DNA of 10,734 nucleotides from contig JBKPAK010000243.1 of assembly GCA_046726415.1 (NCBI GenBank), forward strand, positions 1 through 10,734, given 5' to 3'. This stretch comes from Candidatus Methylomirabilota bacterium. GTDB lineage: Bacteria; Methylomirabilota; Methylomirabilia; Rokubacteriales; CSP1-6. The position numbers and the translations under genes were made by a program. Positions within the stretch are counted from its first letter, which is position 1; each line of letters begins with the position of its first letter. Positions 1 to 7,986 of this stretch are shown piece after piece. The notes beneath the pieces are model-generated. The model was given only the letters and a program-made list of their open reading frames with translations, did no database searches and had not been told where the DNA came from.

Positions 1-16
1 CCCCGGCAGCCCTGCG

Positions 17-964
17 TCAGGTGCGGCCGCAGGTCGGCGCCGCGCCTGACTGGCCCCGGCCGTGTACGCGGAGCCAGTGGCGGGCGATCTCGTCGCGACG
101 AGCGATCCAGGCTCCGCCCCGGTCGCGGAGGTGCCGCAGCACCCGGTCGAGACCCGCGATCCGCCCCGGCCGGCCGATCGTGCGGAGGTGGAGGCCGATT
201 GTCATCATCTTCGGCGCCGTTGCCCCCTCGGTCCAGAGCCAGTCGAAGGCGGCGATGACGTAGTCGGCGAAGTCGTTCGCCCGCACGAAACCGGCTTCAG
301 GCCGCTGGAACCTCATGTCGTTCGTGTCGAGGCTGTAGGGGAGGACGATATGCTGGCGGTCGCCCGCGTCCACCAGGTAGGGAAGGTCGTCGTCGTAGGC
401 GTCGCTATCGTAGAGGAAGCCTCCCTCCTCGATGAGGAGGCGGCGGGTGTTGGGTGTATGGGGACAGCGCGTGTGCCAGCCGACTGGGCGGACGCCGCAG
501 GCGTCGGCAATGGTCTTCACAGCGCGCGAGATCCACTCACGCTCCTCCCCCTCGGTCATCTCTTTGGAGCTGAGCCAGCGGTATCCGTGGCACGAGATCT
601 CGAAGCCCCGGGCCAGCGCATCGTGAGCGAGCCAAGGTGAGAGGCCGACTGCCTCCGCGCACGCGTTGAGGGTGCAGGTTGCCCGGTGCGCTTCGAGCAC
701 GCGCGCGATCCGCCAGTACCCCGCGCGGGGCCCGTAGTCGAAGTGCGACTCCATCGTCGGATTCGGCGCGCCCGCCACGGAGTCGATCATATCGTAGACG
801 TGCTCGTTCATCCGATCGCCCCGGCTGACCGCCTGCTCCGAGCCCTCCTCGACGTTCAACACGAGCGACACGGCGACGCGGGCGCCGTCCGGCCAGCGGG
901 CGTGCGGAGGATTCGGGCCGTAGCCGACGAAGTTCCGATGGGGCGGGACCACGAAGTCCGTCAT
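17..964 (-). CDS. Polysaccharide deacetylase (CE4) fold hydrolase, PuuE/allantoinase-like subfamily
   Basis: 315-aa ORF with PuuE-type motifs RNFVGYG..PP..WP..ARVAV, LNVEEG, DYGPRAG, HGYRW, YDSDAYDDDLPY, PYSLDTNDMRF and GLH.R..GRPGR. Shine-Dalgarno AGGAGGA (complement of 969-975) lies upstream of the ATG. Confidence 0.9.
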   Translation of the reverse strand: MTDFVVPPHRNFVGYGPNPPHARWPDGARVAVSLVLNVEEGSEQAVSRGDRMNEHVYDMIDSVAGAPNPTMESHFDYGPRAGYWRIARVLEAHRATCTLNACAEAVGLSPWLAHDALARGFEISCHGYRWLSSKEMTEGEEREWISRAVKTIADACGVRPVGWHTRCPHTPNTRRLLIEEGGFLYDSDAYDDDLPYLVDAGDRQHIVLPYSLDTNDMRFQRPEAGFVRANDFADYVIAAFDWLWTEGATAPKMMTIGLHLRTIGRPGRIAGLDRVLRHLRDRGGAWIARRDEIARHWLRVHGRGQSGAAPTCGRT

Positions 965-986
965 GTGATCCTCCTGGCGGCGGCGT

Positions 987-2291
987 CTATCGGTTCAGCA
1001 TCCGATTGGGCAAGTAGGTGACCAGGTCGGGGAAGACGATGATGATGGCGGTGCCGACCAGGAGCAGGAAGAAGAACGGCAGGGCCGCTCGCGACACGTA
1101 GGTGAGGCTGCGCCCCGTCATCATCTGCATGATGAACATCGGGAACCCCACCGGTGGCGTCAGCTCCGCGACCTGCACCAGCAGCACGATGTAGATCCCG
1201 AACCAGACTGGATCAACCCCGGCCTGGCGGATCATCGGCTGCACGACCGATGAGGTCAGGACCACCATGGAGATGCCGTCGAGGGCGAAGCCGAGGATGA
1301 CGTAGAGGACCGTGAGGGCGGCCAGGAGCCCGTACACCGACAGCTGGTACGACGTGATCAACCCCGCCGCCGCCCGCGGGATCCCCGTGTAGCCCATGGC
1401 GATAGTCATGAAGGAGGCGCCGGCCAGGATGAAGGCGATCATGCACGAGGTCTGGGTGGCGCCGACCAGGCTCTGGACGAAGTTCGACCAGGTAAGCGAG
1501 CCGTAGAGGAGCGACAGGGCCAGTGCCCCCAGCACGCCGATGGTCGCGGCCTCGGTCGGCGTGGCCACGCCCCCGTAGATCGATCCCACCACGAGCGCGA
1601 TGAGGCAGACGACGGGGATGAGCCGCCGCGACGACCATACCCGCTCGGTGAACGTCATCGAGATGTCGCTGGGCGGCGTCTTGCCAGGGTTGAGTAGCGC
1701 CCAGAGGACGACGTAGGCCATGAAGAGGATGACCATCATGATCCCCGGCACCACGCCCGCGATGAAGAGCCGGGCGATCGAGACCTCGGCGATGAAGCCG
1801 TAGACGATCATCATGATCGACGGCGGGATCAGGATGCCGAGCGTCCCCGACGCGGTGAGGGTGCCCACGGCCATCCGCTCGTCGTAGCCGCGGCGGAGCA
1901 GCTCGGGCAGCGCGATCTTCGCGATGGTGGCGCACGTCGCCGAGGTCGACCCGGAGACGGCGGCGAAGATGCCGCAGCCGACGACGTTCACGTGCATCAG
2001 CCGGCCGGGCAGCCGCGTCATCCAGGGCGCCAGGCCCCGGAACATGTCGTCGGAGAGGCGGGTGCGGAAGAGGATCTCGGCCATCCAGATGAAGAGCGGC
2101 AGGGCGGTAAGGGCCCAGTTGCCGCTCGCGCCCCAGACCGTTGTCGCCATCACCGTGCCGGCGGGGGCCGAGGTGAAGAGGACCATCCCGGCCAATCCGA
2201 CGCCGAGGAGCGAGAGGGCGACCCAGAGGCCACCGATGAGGAGCACGAACATCACGGCCAGCAGGGCCAGGACGACCAGGGTCGAATCCAT
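987..2291 (-). CDS. dctM: TRAP transporter large permease subunit
   Basis: 434-aa highly hydrophobic ORF with DctM motifs ALPLFIWM, FAAVSGSTSAT, GTLGILIPPS, GVATPTEAA and ELTPPVG. Starts 6 bp after the dctQ stop. Confidence 0.95.
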   Translation of the reverse strand: MDSTLVVLALLAVMFVLLIGGLWVALSLLGVGLAGMVLFTSAPAGTVMATTVWGASGNWALTALPLFIWMAEILFRTRLSDDMFRGLAPWMTRLPGRLMHVNVVGCGIFAAVSGSTSATCATIAKIALPELLRRGYDERMAVGTLTASGTLGILIPPSIMMIVYGFIAEVSIARLFIAGVVPGIMMVILFMAYVVLWALLNPGKTPPSDISMTFTERVWSSRRLIPVVCLIALVVGSIYGGVATPTEAATIGVLGALALSLLYGSLTWSNFVQSLVGATQTSCMIAFILAGASFMTIAMGYTGIPRAAAGLITSYQLSVYGLLAALTVLYVILGFALDGISMVVLTSSVVQPMIRQAGVDPVWFGIYIVLLVQVAELTPPVGFPMFIMQMMTGRSLTYVSRAALPFFFLLLVGTAIIIVFPDLVTYLPNRMLNR

Positions 2292-2297
2292 GGCGCC

Positions 2298-2828
2298 TCA
2301 GCCTTCCCGCGTGATCGGGGCCCCCGTCGGGTCGGCCGCCGCCCGCTCGTAACTCGTCGCGCCGCCTCGCAGGACGGCGACGAGGTCGTCGACGAACGCG
2401 AGGAAGAGGACGGCAGCCCCCATCGCCATCACCGCCTGGGGGATCCAGAGCGGGACGGGCAGGATGCCCTGCGACCGCTCGCCGAAGCGGTAGGCGTCAC
2501 GCGCCATGTCCACGACGTGATACGTGAAGTACCCGGTGACCAAGACGCCGAACGCGAGGCAGCCGGTCTCGAGCAAGAGCCGCTGCCCGCGGCCGGCCCG
2601 GCGGAGGAGGAGCGTCAAGCGGATGTGCCCGCCCGCCCGCAGCGTGTGGGCGAGCGCGAGGAAGGACGACGCCGTCAGCGCGTAGCCGGCGAGGTCGTCC
2701 GCCCCCGGGACGAGCACACCGATCAGGCGGCCCGCCACCTGGGCCACGACGAGCGCGGCAATCAGGAAGACAAAGAACGCGGCCAGCGCGCCGCAGGCGC
2801 GGTAGAGCTGATCGAGAAGGCGCCTCAC
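2298..2828 (-). CDS. dctQ: TRAP transporter small permease subunit
   Basis: 176-aa ORF with GTG start, four hydrophobic segments and the FLALAHTLR.GGHIR motif. Lies between dctP and dctM. Confidence 0.93.
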   Translation of the reverse strand: MRRLLDQLYRACGALAAFFVFLIAALVVAQVAGRLIGVLVPGADDLAGYALTASSFLALAHTLRAGGHIRLTLLLRRAGRGQRLLLETGCLAFGVLVTGYFTYHVVDMARDAYRFGERSQGILPVPLWIPQAVMAMGAAVLFLAFVDDLVAVLRGGATSYERAAADPTGAPITREG

Positions 2829-2838
2829 CCGGCCGGCG

Positions 2839-3807
2839 TCACTCGCGGAACTTGCGGATCGCGGCCTGGCCGGCGTCGCCGGCCCTCTTCAGCCACTCCT
2901 CGGTGAGGGTGGCGCCGACTTTCTGGAGCTCGGCGCGGAACTGTAGGGACGGCTCCGACACGGTCATGCCCTTGTCCTTGAGAATCTGCACGTGCTTCGC
3001 CGTCGCCTCCTCGCTCAGCTTCCAGCCGCGCGCCTCGGCCTTGACGGCGGCGTCCAGCACGGCCTTCTGGGCCTCGGCGGGCAACCGCTTGAAGGCGCCG
3101 TCGTTCACGATCACGACGTTCATGCTGTGATTGCCGCCGACCATGGTGACGTACCGGGTGAAATCCCAGGCCTGTGTGTCGACACCGGTCTGCGCCGAGG
3201 TGTACATCATCCCGACCAGCCCCGTGGAGAACGCCTGGGGGACCTCAGGCGCCGGTACGGTGGCCGGGATGGCGCCCATCAGTTCCGCCATGCGGGCGGT
3301 GACGGCGTTGTAGGCGCGGGCCTTTACTCCCTTGACGTCGGCGACGGAGTTCACCGCCGTCTTCGTGTAAAACGCCTGGGGCGGCCACGGCACCCCGTAG
3401 AGCAGCCGGATCCCCTGCTTGCCGAGCCGCTCGGCGATGATGGGGCGAGTGACCTCCCACAGCTTCTTCGCTTTGCGGTAGTCGTCGGCCAGGAAGGGGA
3501 TCGAGCTGACCTCGTAGAACGGATCCTCGTTGCCGAACTGGACGAGCAGGATCTCTCCGATCGGCACCTGCCGGCTCTGGACGGCGCGCTTGATCTCGGC
3601 CAGCTTGAACAGCGCCTGGTTGCTGTGCAGCACGATGTCCAGCTCACCCCGGGTCGGCTGCTTCACGTCCTGGGCGAACTGGTTGAGGTTCTGCGTGTGG
3701 AAATTGGAGTCGGGATAACCGGACGCCATGTCCCACTTCTCGGCGGCGGCCGGACTTGCGAACCCGATCAACAATGCGGCGGCGATTGCGAAGAGGACCG
3801 GCATCAT
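2839..3807 (-). CDS. dctP: TRAP transporter substrate-binding protein, resembling the Bordetella DctP6/DctP7 (pyroglutamate-binding) subfamily
   Basis: 322 aa with a signal peptide (MMPVLFAIAAALLIGFASPAAA/E) and motifs WDM.SGYP.SNFH, EIKRAVQ, NEDP, PFLA, WPPQ and the conserved Arg in KARAY. G-rich SD upstream (complement of 3812-3819). Confidence 0.93.
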   Translation of the reverse strand: MMPVLFAIAAALLIGFASPAAAEKWDMASGYPDSNFHTQNLNQFAQDVKQPTRGELDIVLHSNQALFKLAEIKRAVQSRQVPIGEILLVQFGNEDPFYEVSSIPFLADDYRKAKKLWEVTRPIIAERLGKQGIRLLYGVPWPPQAFYTKTAVNSVADVKGVKARAYNAVTARMAELMGAIPATVPAPEVPQAFSTGLVGMMYTSAQTGVDTQAWDFTRYVTMVGGNHSMNVVIVNDGAFKRLPAEAQKAVLDAAVKAEARGWKLSEEATAKHVQILKDKGMTVSEPSLQFRAELQKVGATLTEEWLKRAGDAGQAAIRKFRE

Positions 3808-3869
3808 GGCGCTCCCCCCTGTCGTCGGTCTCGCGGCGCGGCCACGTTAGCCAACGCCTCGACCGGCTG

Positions 3870-4724
3870 TCAAGCGGGCCGGCGTTTGAGCTTCGTCACC
3901 TGGATGAGGTTGACCTCGGCCAGGTACAGGTCGCCGAGGGAGTTTCCCCACACCCCGTGGCCGCCGTAGGCGGACGGACGGCCGCGAGCGAGCATCCGCC
4001 CGTCCGGAGAGTACATCGTGATCCTGGGAATTTGGTCGGTGACGTAGACCGTCCCGCTCCGGTCGACGTAGATGTCCATGGGATGGTAGAGATCGCCCCA
4101 CTCGCCGTACACGTCGCCCTCGGGACTGAAGAGCTGCACCCGGTTGTTCTCGCGATCGGCGACCAGCACGCGCTCGCCGGCGTCTACCCAGATCCCGTGG
4201 GGCGTGGTGAACTGCCCGCGTCCAGCCCCCGACGCTCCCCACGAGCTCAGGTGCCGGCCCTCCGCCGAGAAGCGGTGCACCGCGGAGTTGCCGTACCCGT
4301 CGGCGACGTAGATGTCGCCGTTCGGCGCCACGGCGACGTCCGCGGGGTGGTTGAACGGGGCCTGGAGCGCCGGGCGCCCCCGCTGCCCGAGCGTCAGCAC
4401 GATCCGGCCGTCCGCGGTGAGCTTCAGCACTTCGTGCTCGTCCCGGTTGCAGACGTAGAGGTGGTCGTCCGGTCCGATGTAGATCCCGTGCGCGTCGCGC
4501 AGGCGGCCGTCGCCCCAGCCGCTGAGGAAGTTGCCCTCGCTGTCGAAGACGACGATGGGCGGGTCCTTTCGCTGATAGAAGTAGACTCGGTCCTTCGAGT
4601 CGACCGCGACGTGGCTGATCAATCCGAAGGTGTGGCCGGCTGGCAGCAGACCCCATGGCCGCACCACGTCGTACACGTAGGCTCCCGTGCCGACCACCAG
4701 ATTCGTGACGTCGCTCGCGGTCAT
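3870..4724 (-). CDS. NHL-repeat beta-propeller, peptidyl-alpha-hydroxyglycine alpha-amidating lyase (PAL)-like protein
   Basis: NHL blades FNHPADVAVAPNGDIYVADGYGN and FTTPHGIWVD...VADRENNRVQLF. The start is probably the ATG at 4724 (MTASD..., 284 aa) with SD GGAGGC at 4731-4736, not 4823 as in the ORF track. No signal peptide. Confidence 0.88.
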   Translation of the reverse strand: MTASDVTNLVVGTGAYVYDVVRPWGLLPAGHTFGLISHVAVDSKDRVYFYQRKDPPIVVFDSEGNFLSGWGDGRLRDAHGIYIGPDDHLYVCNRDEHEVLKLTADGRIVLTLGQRGRPALQAPFNHPADVAVAPNGDIYVADGYGNSAVHRFSAEGRHLSSWGASGAGRGQFTTPHGIWVDAGERVLVADRENNRVQLFSPEGDVYGEWGDLYHPMDIYVDRSGTVYVTDQIPRITMYSPDGRMLARGRPSAYGGHGVWGNSLGDLYLAEVNLIQVTKLKRRPA

Positions 4725-5134
4725 CCGGACGCCTCCCGGGCGTGGACGTGGCCGCAGCCTCTTCACGTGGGGGCCCACGAAAGAGCCGCGCCGCGGAGGA
4801 ACGGGACTCCCATCAATGCGCAATCGGATCCGGGTACCATAGTTTCGTCAATCATGATGCGCACTTGCCGGACGTATGGCCGTAAGCCGTTGGGGATACG
4901 TCTGCAGTATTGATGTCGGAGAGATCTTAGTAGATGGATAAGAAGATCAACAACAACATCGTCGACCAGCACCGAAGAAACAGTGATCATAGGACGCGAG
5001 CCAGCGACTTCGGCGTGGCCGCGGCGCATGGCCCCCCACACCCCCCAACGCTCGTCACGCCCGGGGAACCCGGGGCGCTCCTCGATTTGCTTGACATGCT
5101 CATAGCTATCGCCGGGAACCGCCAGTGGCCAAGG

Positions 5135-5148
5135 TAGCATCGCCTATG
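5135..5148 (+). promoter_or_regulatory. Possible -10 box for a leaderless transcript of the amidohydrolase gene
   Basis: TAGCAT (TANNNT) at 5135-5140, 5 nt before ATG 5146. No clear SD in front of this ATG. Confidence 0.35.
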
Positions 5149-6073
5149 ACGCTTCCGAGGGACGGCGACCGGCAGGTCATCGACTTTCACGTCCACGTCG
5201 GGCCCGAGGTGCTCGCCCGTCGCTACGACGTGGGGACGCTCGGGGACGAGGCGGCCGCCGAAGGCTTCGGCGCCGTGCTCAAGCACCACTCGATCGCGAC
5301 GGCGCCGCTGGCGGCGCTCGCGCGAGCGCGCGGCCTCGTGATGGCGGGCGGCGTCGTGCTGAACCACGGCGTCGGCGGCTTCAATCCCGTCGCGATCGAC
5401 GCCTTGGCTGAGGCCAACAAAGCGAGGCCGGGGGTCGGCGAGCGAGGACCGGGTCCGAGCCGTCGTGTGGATGCCGACCGTCCACGCCGAGAGCCACCTC
5501 CGCGTCAACGCGCGGCGCGACTTCGTCCCGGCGTGGGGCGTCGACCCTGCGCGGTGCCGCGAGTTCCCGCCGGGTCTCGGGCTCAGCATCTGGGATGGCG
5601 GGCCGGACGAGCCCGGCCCAATCGCGTCAGCCGTGCATGCCGTGCTCGACCGCATCGCCACCCACGACCTCGTGCTGGCCACAGGCCACCTGTCGCGGGC
5701 AGAGGTGCTGGCCCTGGTCGAGGCCGCCGTCACGGCGGGGGTCCGCCGCGTCGTTGTGACCCACGCCTTCTACCAGACTACCCAGCTCAGCATCGACGAC
5801 CAGGTCGGGCTGGCCGCGCACTCCACCGTCTGTGTCGAATACTGCTGGAGCAATGTCGAGCTGGACGGGATCCGGCTCGACCGCTACGTGGATGCGATCC
5901 GGGCCGTGGGTCCCTCGCACGCGCTGCTCAGCTCGGACCTGGGCCAACCGTCGACGGAGACGATTGCGGCCGGCCTCGCGGCCTTCCACCAGAGCCTGGT
6001 GGCACGGGGCGTCCCCGAAGACCACGTCGCCGAGATGATGATCGCCAACCCGCATCGCCTGCTCGGACTGTGA
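5146..6073 (+). CDS. DUF6282-like amidohydrolase-superfamily metal-dependent hydrolase (one frameshift at ~5425-5445)
   Basis: The first frame gives DFHVH.GP, VLKHH and GGVVLN..VGGFNP.A. The +1 frame continues RAVVWMPT, LATGHLS, VVVTHA, LSSDLGQ and NP.RLLGL-stop. Together these make one HxH/KxH/H/H/D TIM-barrel motif set. A G run lies at 5430-5434. Confidence 0.8.
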
Positions 6074-6125
6074 GGGCTGAGCGTTCACATGATGCGCGCG
6101 GACCGAATCCAGAGAGTGTTCGACG

Positions 6126-6167
6126 TCGACTCAAATACATGAGTCGGATAGGCTCAGTCATATGAGC
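6126..6167 (+). promoter_or_regulatory. Leaderless sigma70-type promoter of the TA operon with two CTCA-N6-TGAG operators
   Basis: TCGACT (6126-6131)-N17-TAGGCT (6149-6154)-N7-ATG (6162), with no SD. Inverted repeats CGACTCA-aataca-TGAGTCG (6127-6146) and GCTCA-gtcata-TGAGC (6152-6167). Confidence 0.65.
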
Positions 6168-6420
6168 AAGAGGCTTCAGGTGCTGTTGGACGAGGCAGAG
6201 CTGCGCCAGATTCGGCGCATCGCGCGGGCTCGACGCATGACCGTGGCCGAGTGGGTGCGGCAGGCCCTGCGTGCGGCGAGCCGGCGCGAGCCCCTCGGCG
6301 ACACCGACAAGAAGCTGGAGAGCGTACGCGCGGCGTCGCGTCACTCGTTCCCGACCGGGGAGATCGAGCAGGATGTTGGCCGAGATCGAGCGTGGGTACC
6401 TCGCTCGGGACGCCGGGTGA
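6162..6420 (+). CDS. vapB: Ribbon-helix-helix (CopG-like) antitoxin; one extra G at ~6371
   Basis: [19 protein letters not shown]...[12 protein letters not shown] is an RHH pattern. Removing one G in GAGCAGGATG gives ...[26 protein letters not shown] (6418-6420), which overlaps the toxin start as GTGA. Confidence 0.8.
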
Positions 6421-6812
6421 TCCTCGGCGACTCCACCATTCCGATGTATCTCGTCGGCGCCGAGCACCCTCACAAGGCGGACGTGCGACGCCTGCTCGAG
6501 CGCTCCATCGCCATGCGCGAGCGTCTGGTCACCGACGCCGAGGTTCTGCAAGAGATTCTCCACCGGTATGTCGCCATCGACCGGCGCGATGCGATCCAGC
6601 CCTGCCTTCGACGCACTGCTGGCCGTCGTCGACGAGGTCTTCGTCATCGATGCGCCGACGGTCGATCGGGCGAAGACCATCGTGCTGGGGAACGCCAGGC
6701 TCTCGGTCCGCGATGCTCTCCGCCTGGCTGTTCATGGCGCGAGAAGGCGTAGTCCCATCATGACCTTCGACCGCGGCTTTGACGGCGTCCCGGTATGGAG
6801 CGGATTTTCTGA
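6417..6812 (+). CDS. vapC: PIN-domain VapC-type toxin, with about four indels
   Basis: GTG 6417 gives [14 protein letters not shown]..., then [12 protein letters not shown], (shift ~6600) AFDALL..., LSVRDAL, (shifts ~6731 and ~6756) [11 protein letters not shown], (shift ~6790) GMERIF-TGA 6810-6812. The PIN acidic tetrad D/E/D/D is present. Confidence 0.85.
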
Positions 6813-6950
6813 GGACGATCCGACGATCGCGAGCGGTCGGCGAGCTCCGCCTTCCATGACGCCCATGGCCCACGTGCCTCGCCCAGCACGGGGTGCGGTG
6901 ATGCCTCCTCGCAGATCCACCGCGCCGCGCGCCCTGGCGATGCGACGTGG

Positions 6951-7719
6951 GTGGGGCTGCATCCTGCGCACGATGTGCTGGACGGCGAGCTGTGGTATGG
7001 CATCACCGCGGACCGAACCCCACGAGCCGACCGCGCACTCATCATAGTCAGCTCCGCGCGGCAGGCCTACATGGCCGACCGACTCCCCGAGAGCCTCGCC
7101 CGCGCCACCGCCGATCCCGGACCGTCGACCGTGAGCCGGGAGGCAGCTGTCCGCTGGCTGCGCGGCGCGGAGACAGGTTCGGTGGCCAAGGCCCTTGACG
7201 ATCTCGCGGCCTTCTTCCTGCGCTACGTCGTGCTGTGCGACCGACGCACAGCGCTGTGGGTCGCCGCCTGGGCGCTCGACAGCTGGTGTTACCGGGCCTT
7301 CCGGATCTTCCCCTACCTCTCGATCCGGTCGGCGGAGAAGCGGTGCGGGAAGAGCCGGATGCTCGGGCTGCTGCCGCGCGTGTGCTTCAAGGCCTCGCCG
7401 GTGACCGCGCATCCCACGGAGGCCCAGCTCCACCGTTCGGCGGCGCGGACGGGCGGGGCCCCAGCTCTTCGACGAGATCGAGACCCTCAAGGGAGACAAG
7501 GACCGCTTCGACGCCCTGATCGCGGTGCTCAACGTGGGCTTCGAGCAGGGTGGTGTGGTGACGCGGCTCGAGAAGCGTGGGAAACGGTTCGTGGAGGAGC
7601 CGTATGAGGTCTACGCCCCACGGGTGCTGGCCGGCATCGGCGGGCTGAAGGACACGCTGGAGGACCGGGCGCTGCCGCTGGTGATGTTGCGGCGCCGGAA
7701 GAGTGAGTCGGTCGAGCGA
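6951..7719 (+). pseudogene. Truncated P-loop NTPase of the type found in DUF3631-containing mobile-element replication proteins
   Basis: LRYVVL...AAW...PYLSIRSAEKRCGKS (Walker A-like, 7329-7355). After an extra C at ~7460 comes QLFDEIE (Walker B), LNVGFEQGG.V.R, YAPRVLAGIG.L.DTLEDR and MLRR...ESVER. Family-like sequence stops at ~7719 with no stop codon nearby. The start is uncertain. Confidence 0.72.
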
Positions 7720-7986
7720 TCGGGGAGCATAAGAATTCCAAAGCCCGTTCGCTGCAGCCAACCTCTCCCCCTAACCCCCTGCCACAGGCCACGATCGTGC
7801 CCCGGAGGGCGAAGTCAAGCGTCCGGGAAGGGCGATGACCCTCGGCGGTGCTCAGAAGGGCGGCGATCCGTCGAGAGGCGTGCCCTCGGAGAGAAGAAGT
7901 CGGGAGCGGCCAGAGCCAGAAGGAAGACGGGAGGCAGACGACGGCGAGAGGTCCGGATCCGGCGAGGGAATGCCGGGACGAGGGGC

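Noticed and set aside
3756-4913. Long antisense and alternative-frame ORFs over the left operon (also 62-640, 1213-1935, 1992-2906, 2992-3969, 3847-4656)
   Set aside because: These are shadow ORFs expected at high GC. They are Arg/Pro/Gly-rich, lack motifs and overlap well-supported genes.
5091-5096. Perfect TTGACA -35 hexamer
   Set aside because: No -10-like hexamer at 16-18 bp spacing.
4934-5137. 67-aa ORF MDKKINNN... in the divergent intergenic region
   Set aside because: No clear SD, atypical codon usage and no recognisable motif. More likely AT-rich promoter DNA.
5125-6165. 346-aa ORF with an Arg/Pro-rich C-terminus, and a separate 202-aa ORF at 5465
   Set aside because: These are two halves of one frameshifted amidohydrolase. 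No slippery heptamer with a downstream structure was seen to support programmed frameshifting.
6162-6752. Apparent antitoxin-toxin fusion protein (196-aa ORF)
   Set aside because: One extra G at ~6371 explains it. The repaired antitoxin ends at TGA 6418-6420 with a standard GTGA overlap onto vapC.
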